From assembly GCA_964035575.1 (NCBI GenBank), contig OZ037839.1:1488001-1552000 (forward strand): a stretch of 64,000 nt of DNA, written 5' to 3'. Of this stretch, positions 57,726 through 64,000 are shown piece by piece. The position numbers were made by a program, and so were the translations under genes. This DNA comes from Rhynchopus sp. YZ270_cl-10. Lineage: Eukaryota. The notes under the pieces are model-generated. The model searched no databases and was not told the DNA's origin. It was given only the letters and a program-made list of their open reading frames with translations. Position 1 is the first letter of the stretch, and every line of letters begins with the position of its first letter.

Positions 57726-58940
57726 ATGGAACTGTGTGTGCAGGGATATGATGAAAACAAATTCGTGATTGAGGTGGGTGAGAAGGACACAACGGAGACG
57801 ATGCGGCAGAAGGTGGCGTCTGCAACAGGGTTGTGCGAAGACAGCTTCCGCATGGGCTTCGGAGGGAAGGAGGAAGGAGAGGACATCACAGAACTGAGTG
57901 CTGGAGACACAGTCGTGTTGACGAAAACTACTAAGTACCAATCTGTTGAGCAACTTCGTGCCTTGGGTGAGACAGACATTTCCGAAGCGAGGTTGCGGAC
58001 TGTGAAGGATCCTGAGGTGGCTTCTCTGCTTCTTCAGGCGGAGGTTGCGACTGTTATTCCGAACTACTTCTTGGCGCAAGCATCGTTTACGAGACTTGAT
58101 CTCTCTGCTGTGTCTGGTGTGACGCGAATTAAGCAAGGCTTCCTTCACGGGTGTGTGTCGGTTACAACCGTTGACTTGTCGGGATTGTGCAACGTTACGC
58201 ACATTGAGGATGGCTGTCTCTCTATCTGCCCATCGTTGACAAGCCTTGACGTGTCCGGGTTCACTGGTGTGACGGTGATAGGGCAGTCGTTCCTCAAAGC
58301 AAGTGGCGTCACAAATCTTGACTTATCCCATATGACGAGTGTGACGGAGGTTGGTACACACTTTCTTGCCTGTTGTCAGTCGTTGGAAAGGATTGACATC
58401 TCAGGATGGCGCAGAATCACACACATTGAGGACGGCTGGATGCAATACTGCTCCGCGTTGACAACAGCAGACTTATCAGGAATGAGCAACGTTACGAAGA
58501 TTGATGCATGTTTCCTGCATGAGTGCACATCCTTGACCACGCTGGACATATCAGGTTTTGGCAGGGACACAGAGATCCAGCGCAACTTCCTGCTCAACTG
58601 CAACGCACTCACAACAGTCGTCTTGCCAGGCAACATCGACATTCAAGAGTTATCACAAGAGGACCGTAGCATGTTGCAACGCACGCATGCACCCTTCCCT
58701 GTGTGTGTGCGTGTCATGTACACAAGGTTTGCTGAACAGTACGCAGGTGTGCGGGTAGAACCCTTTGAGGCAGCACGACAAGACGTGTCTGGAGATGCAA
58801 GACAATGTATTGCATTGAAAGCAGGACAAGAAGGAGAAGGCTTGATGCAAGCACAAGAGGACGACTATAAAAAAGCTGCTTCAGAGGGTGTTGTGCAGGA
58901 CAAACAGGACCTGGACGAGCAGGACAAGCAGGAGGATTAG
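57726..58940 (+). CDS. UBL-LRR paralogue 4 (fewer repeats)
   Basis: Same N-terminus; jumps from ISGWRRITHIE to DGWMQYCSAL, lacking about five internal LRR units. Confidence 0.85.
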   Translation: MELCVQGYDENKFVIEVGEKDTTETMRQKVASATGLCEDSFRMGFGGKEEGEDITELSAGDTVVLTKTTKYQSVEQLRALGETDISEARLRTVKDPEVASLLLQAEVATVIPNYFLAQASFTRLDLSAVSGVTRIKQGFLHGCVSVTTVDLSGLCNVTHIEDGCLSICPSLTSLDVSGFTGVTVIGQSFLKASGVTNLDLSHMTSVTEVGTHFLACCQSLERIDISGWRRITHIEDGWMQYCSALTTADLSGMSNVTKIDACFLHECTSLTTLDISGFGRDTEIQRNFLLNCNALTTVVLPGNIDIQELSQEDRSMLQRTHAPFPVCVRVMYTRFAEQYAGVRVEPFEAARQDVSGDARQCIALKAGQEGEGLMQAQEDDYKKAASEGVVQDKQDLDEQDKQED

Positions 58941-59892
58941 GAGGATACGGTGCGGGGTAAACAGGAGCAGGACGAACGGGTTTGGTGCAGGACTGAGAGG
59001 AGCTGGGCAGGCAGGAGTATTTGGAGGGATTGGTTAACAGAAGGCATTTCATGAGCATTTGGAGGGTTTGGTGAAAATGTGGAACTCTATTTTTGGATAC
59101 ACCTGTGAGCTCTTGGGGGTAGGGGAATCGAAGCAACGCGTATGACGTGGGTACGTACCAACTAAACAATAACGGGGTGAAGAACGGGATTTTTATTGTT
59201 CTCTTTTTGTGAGAAGACTGCAAAACTAACCAAAATATAATTTGTTCAGCCTTTTCGATTGATTTTATTTACCGTCTTTTGAAAAATTATGGACCAGAAA
59301 AATAGGTCCATAAAAAAAAAAAATCCCAAAAAGGGGGGTCCGGCGAATATAGGTCCAGTCCAGTCCAGTCCGGTCAATATCGGTTTTTTTTCCAGGCTTG
59401 GAAAAGTAGTTGTCCAAAAAAAAATTTTCAAAAAAACCGCTAATGGCGTTAATTACCTTATCAAAAAAGACTACAAAGACAAAAAGAACAAAAAGGACGC
59501 TTGTTGTGACAAGAACGGAACTTCGTATTGTAAAAAGAAAACATCCCCCCCCCCCCCCTCCAGAACCAGCTGGGTACCAAACTGGAACGCTAAGTAAAAC
59601 CACACTGACTGGACAGTCTGTCTTCTCCCCTGCCTCTCCCATGTTAATACTCCATTTTTCCTCAATTGTCAATGGTGCTGACTGTGCTGATGACAATAAC
59701 AACCCATCTCTAGTTTTGTTCACTTTTGTGCCTCGTTCTAACTAACCGGCACTGTACAGATTGTAAGACATCTGGCCCTCGCTTCGCTCGGACCAAGTGC
59801 TTTTCATGTGCATAGTAAACGTACCCCCCTCGCCCTGTCCAGTTTGATGTGGAAAAAAAAAAGTCGAGCCTTGGGCTAAGTTGAACAACACC

Positions 59893-59923
<31 letters not shown>

Positions 59924-59942
59924 TTTTTGACAACTACTTTTT

Positions 59943-62900
59943 CACGGATGCTGCCAGATCTGGCCAGATCTCCAGATCTGGGCCGCCCAGATCTGGCCAG
60001 ATCTGGAAAAAAAATTTTTTTTTTTTGAAAAAAAAATTTTCCCAGACGTCCCAGATCTGGCCAGATCTGGCCAGATCTGGCCAAATCTGGGAGATCTGGG
60101 ACGTCTGGGAAAATTTTTTTTTCCAGGTACCCCAATGACATAACGAAGTATCGCTTGAAGTACCGTTCAATATACGTTGCTCGTGTGTGCAAGTTACGAA
60201 GTAGGACACACAAGGTATATCAAACGATAAATCAATCAGATAAACGTTACATCATCGGAAAATTGTTGGCACCGCCGCCCTGTCTTCGTATTTATTACGT
60301 CGACAGGCCAAACAGCGTTGGGCTCAGAAGAAGCAGTGCAAAACACTGGGGATCAACATGAGAACCAACTCCCAACAACACAGGCTACCGAAGTAGCAGG
60401 TGGGGTGTTGCGGGTGTTTGGGGTGAAAGAAAATCGATTTTGGTAAGTTCCAGCAGAAAATTCTTAAGTTTGCACAATTGAGAAGGGTGTTACCACTGCC
60501 TAATATTATTCGTACATGTGAACCGGTAAGGTCGAGAAGGGTGGACACGGCATACAAGTACAAGTACAAGTAAGACGTACCTTCTACAAAGGCTGAATTC
60601 GCAATTCTTAAGGGATTGAATTCAGCCCCCACGTGGTGTTTTTGAGAAAATCATTCCATGGTATACAGCTAATGGTTCCCGAAGAATGATTCGCCCCTCC
60701 TCGTTCATGCAAACTTAAGAAAATTCTGAAGTAACTACAACCTGGCGTGCGGGTACAGATGCATTGCTTTGTTCTTTCCTCAAAGTCATGTGTGATCTCT
60801 CGGGTCTGTACTAAAGTCAGTGTTTAGATAAGCATCCACTTGACTCGTTCTAACAACCGTTGAAATCTAGAACAAAACAACACACTGCCCCTTCTCACAC
60901 CAAGCCGCCATGCTTCAAGAGCATGCCCTGGGCAAAAATTACTCTGACAAAAATTGGTTTTCTGGGGGAACGCAATATTTTCTTGTGCCTAGTCCTCCGC
61001 AAGAGCAGAGGACAGACTTTCCGGATCCCGAAGTCGAATTTCTTGCACTAGCTATGCTCCCTGGGTTAAATGGCTATAGCAGTGACTGACTAAGAGTTTC
61101 ATAATAATTAGGGTGGTCTATGGGTTAACAATGGAAAAGTTGGTATATAAACCCGACTTTTACGATCGCCACCTGGTTTTGAAATAATTGCACCAGCTCT
61201 TCCGTCGGCACTGCTTCGCTGTCACGATGAAGGGTCGTAGGTTCGGGTACCTGTTAAGAGAAATTGAATGTAAAAGTAGAGACTACAACAAAAAAACAAA
61301 CAAGAAGCCGCCCCGTACCCCTTAAACGTAAAAGTGACATTTTTGTAGACAAAAAAAAAAAAATAGCTAAAAAGATCGGGTCTTTTGTTTGTGCGCTCAA
61401 AGCCGGGAAAACAAAAAGGTGAAAAAATATGTTAAACTGAAGTACGGTTGTTGTGGTTAATTGAGTACTCAAAGAAAACAAGCAAGCTTCTGTTTTTTTC
61501 AATCCGTTTTGTTTGCCCTGCAGCGCTGCCTCCAATCTTTTTAGAATTGACAACAAGTTGTTTTATCAAAAAAATAGCGGACATGTCGAAAAGGGAGAAA
61601 ACCGGGGGGTTAAAAACATACCTTGCACTCGGCCCACTCTCCAGGTACAAAGAACATCACTGCACGACAAACCCATAGAAAATAACTATTTTTTACCGAA
61701 CAGAAAGGTCGTTTTATTGATGAGTGTTTTCTGAGTGCACACTCAGGGGGACAAAATGCAACACTTACCGAAAAAATTCTCCAATCGGACAAAAACCTTT
61801 CTAAACACCCAAAAAAAAAACACCTCAGTCCACATCCGCTGGGGTCGCGAGATGGAAATATATGGTTTTACAGCTTTTAGGGGGTCTAGCGTGGGTCCCA
61901 GATGCATTTTGCAACGGGTCTGTGTGTGCCTCAACCGCTTCACAGTACCCTTTTTTGTAACTGAAAACGACGCATCCTGTACCTAAGTGCACTGAAGCCT
62001 TGCTTGCGTCCTCCTTCGTGGTTTTGGGCGTTCGCACGCGAGAATCATTATCGCATTCTCACATGTAATTCTCGCATCACGGAGAGGATTTTAGCGTCAC
62101 GTGACCACAAAAAAAGTGCACAAAATTAGTTTGGTCAAAAATCACCTTGCACTTGTGAAGGAATTGCTAAGGAAATGTGAAATATGCGTGTTTTGGTACA
62201 CAAAAGTGCGTTTTGGGTGGTTCTGAAGGGTCAAAACACCAAAAAAATGCGTTTTTTTTGCATTTTTGGTCACCCAAGGACCCACTATTTTGGTTGATAT
62301 TTTTTTTTTCCCTTTGCGAAAAAATACCCAAAAACCACGTCTATAAAAACGCTAAGGAAAAATCGATATTCATTTTTTGGGCAGAGAAGTGCGTTTTAGG
62401 CGCCCACAGATGGTCAAAACATCAAAAATTTTGTGTTTTTGGCATCTTTGGACACCCATGGACCCACTATCAGGGGTGAATTTTTTTTGCCTGAGATTTG
62501 CCTTTGCCAAAAATCGAAAAAAAAAATTATGAAGGAAATTGCTAAGAAAAAGTCGAAATTGTGGGCCCCTGTAGTGCATATGGCGGTACCCCAGATCGTC
62601 AAAACACCCGACTCTTGCGTTTTTTTGCACTTTTTGGTGCACAAAAACCCTACTCAGGGGTCAAAATTTTCCCGGATAAAAAAATTTTTTTTTTCGGGAT
62701 TTTTCAAAAATCGACTTGTCTTTGGTAAAAACCACGAAATTTCGGGTTCGCAAAACCACGTTTTAGACCCCCACAGATGCTCAAAAGTGCCAAATTTTGC
62801 TTTAAATGGCCTCAAATCGTCGAAATTAGCCCTATTTAGGGGCGAAAAAAAAAATTCGAGAGTCCCTTTCCCTGGGAGACAATAGCCAGAAATCTGAGAA

Positions 62901-63097
62901 AAAAAAAAAAAAACTGGCCAGATTTCCAGATCTGGCCAGATCTGGGGGGTTTTTTTTTTTTTGAAAAAAAAAAATTTCCCAGATTCCCAGATCTGGCCAG
63001 ATCTGGCCAGATCTGGAAACAAGATCTCCACATCTGGAAAACGAGCCAGATCTGGGAAATTGGCCCCCAAATCTGGCCAGATCTGGCAGCATCCGTG
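59943..63097. mobile_element. Non-autonomous TIR element with CCAGATCTGG subterminal repeats (3155 bp)
   Basis: TIR CACGGATGCTGCCAGATCTGGCCAGAT; 6-bp TSD CTTTTT; removing the element restores the repeat GACAACTACTTTTTCAAGCCTGGAAAAAA, a close variant of which is intact at ~63697. Confidence 0.88.
60868..61092 (+). ncRNA. Candidate structured non-coding module, copy 2
   Basis: Homologous to ~36650-36915; same hairpins with loop indels. Confidence 0.4.
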
Positions 63098-64000
63098 CTT
63101 TTTCAAGCCTGGAAAAAATTTTTTTTTCGGGCCTGACCTTGGGACCTTGTGCACCGAAAAATTCAAAAAACGGCAAAATTTTGATGTTTTGAGCATCTGT
63201 GGGTGAATCATATGCACTGCTACAGTGGCCTATTATTGGGTGTTTTCCTTAGCAAATTCCTTCACAAAACTCATTTTTGATTTTGGCAAAGGCAAATTTC
63301 AGGCCAAAAAAAAGTCACCCCTGGTAGTGGGTCCTTGGGTGTCCAAACATGCCAAAAACACAAAAAAATTGATGTTTTGGCCTTCTGTGGGCACCTAAAA
63401 CGCACTTCTCTGCCCAAAAAATGAATCATTCACATTTCAGAGGTCCTGCATGAAAATGCCCATTTGAGCCCAAATTTTCGGTTTTTTTTCAACATTTCTT
63501 CAACACAGGCCCCGCCAGGTGGTCCGGGCGTCCAAAAAAAAATTTTTTTTTTTTTGCGAAAATTTTTTTTTTCGACAACTACTTTTCCAAGCCTGAAACC
63601 GATATTGACCGATATTGACCAACATTGGCTTTTACTCTACGACGGACTCTCTTCAGATACCGACTATTTTTACGTAGAAAAAAAATTTTTTTTTTCGACA
63701 ACTACTTTTTCAGGCCTGGAAAAAAACATAGTGTGAGAACGATCGTGACGGTTTTTTTCAAGATCTTGAACTTTTTTTCAAGATCTTGACATTTTTTTTT
63801 TTTTTTTCACGATCGTTTTTTTTTTTCACGATCGTTTTTTTTTTTCCCCCTAGTAGTACAAGGGGCATGGGCGTGAAATGGGTGGCAAGGGAGAGTTTCT
63901 GGGTTCTACTTGGAATTTTTGACCGACTCTTTTCCTTGAAACGATTTTGTGGCGAATCTTTCAAATAAAGCAAAAATCGAGAACATTCTCACACCAGAAT

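Larger units (their letters stand above)
59371..63611. mobile_element. Host TIR-like element containing a nested insertion
   Basis: CGGTCAATATCGGTTT..CAGGCTTGGAAAAGTAGTTGTC mirrored by GACAACTACTTTTCCAAGCCTGAAACCGATATTGACCG; true ends uncertain. Confidence 0.55.

Overview
Eukaryotic nuclear DNA, probably from a diplonemid euglenozoan. The basis is a diplonemid-type spliced-leader exon at ~45256-45294, host genes that all lie on the + strand with polypyrimidine/AG leaders on several, and homopolymer-rich intergenic DNA. Host genes: a class I-like PI3-kinase, a formin, a tRNA-Ser(UGA) with an odd anticodon loop, four ubiquitin-like/BspA-type LRR paralogues, a stand-alone GIY-YIG nuclease and a NUDT17-like fragment. 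Mobile DNA dominates the window. Two near-identical autonomous hAT elements carry 14-bp TIRs and 8-bp TSDs. A 7.2-kb Mutator is nested in the second hAT, and its transposase appears to carry a Josephin-like protease domain. There are also many MITEs, a tandem ~604-bp insert whose AG|GT-containing target duplication could act as an intron, and several families of short same-strand stem-loop modules. Most unusual: (1) the MULE/Josephin-like fusion; (2) a conserved, apparently structured non-coding cargo shared by transposons with different ends; (3) an array of spliced-leader 3' ends joined to GC hairpins; (4) the possibly intron-forming tandem insertion; (5) hairpin families with covarying stems. 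All assignments were made by eye, without database searches.
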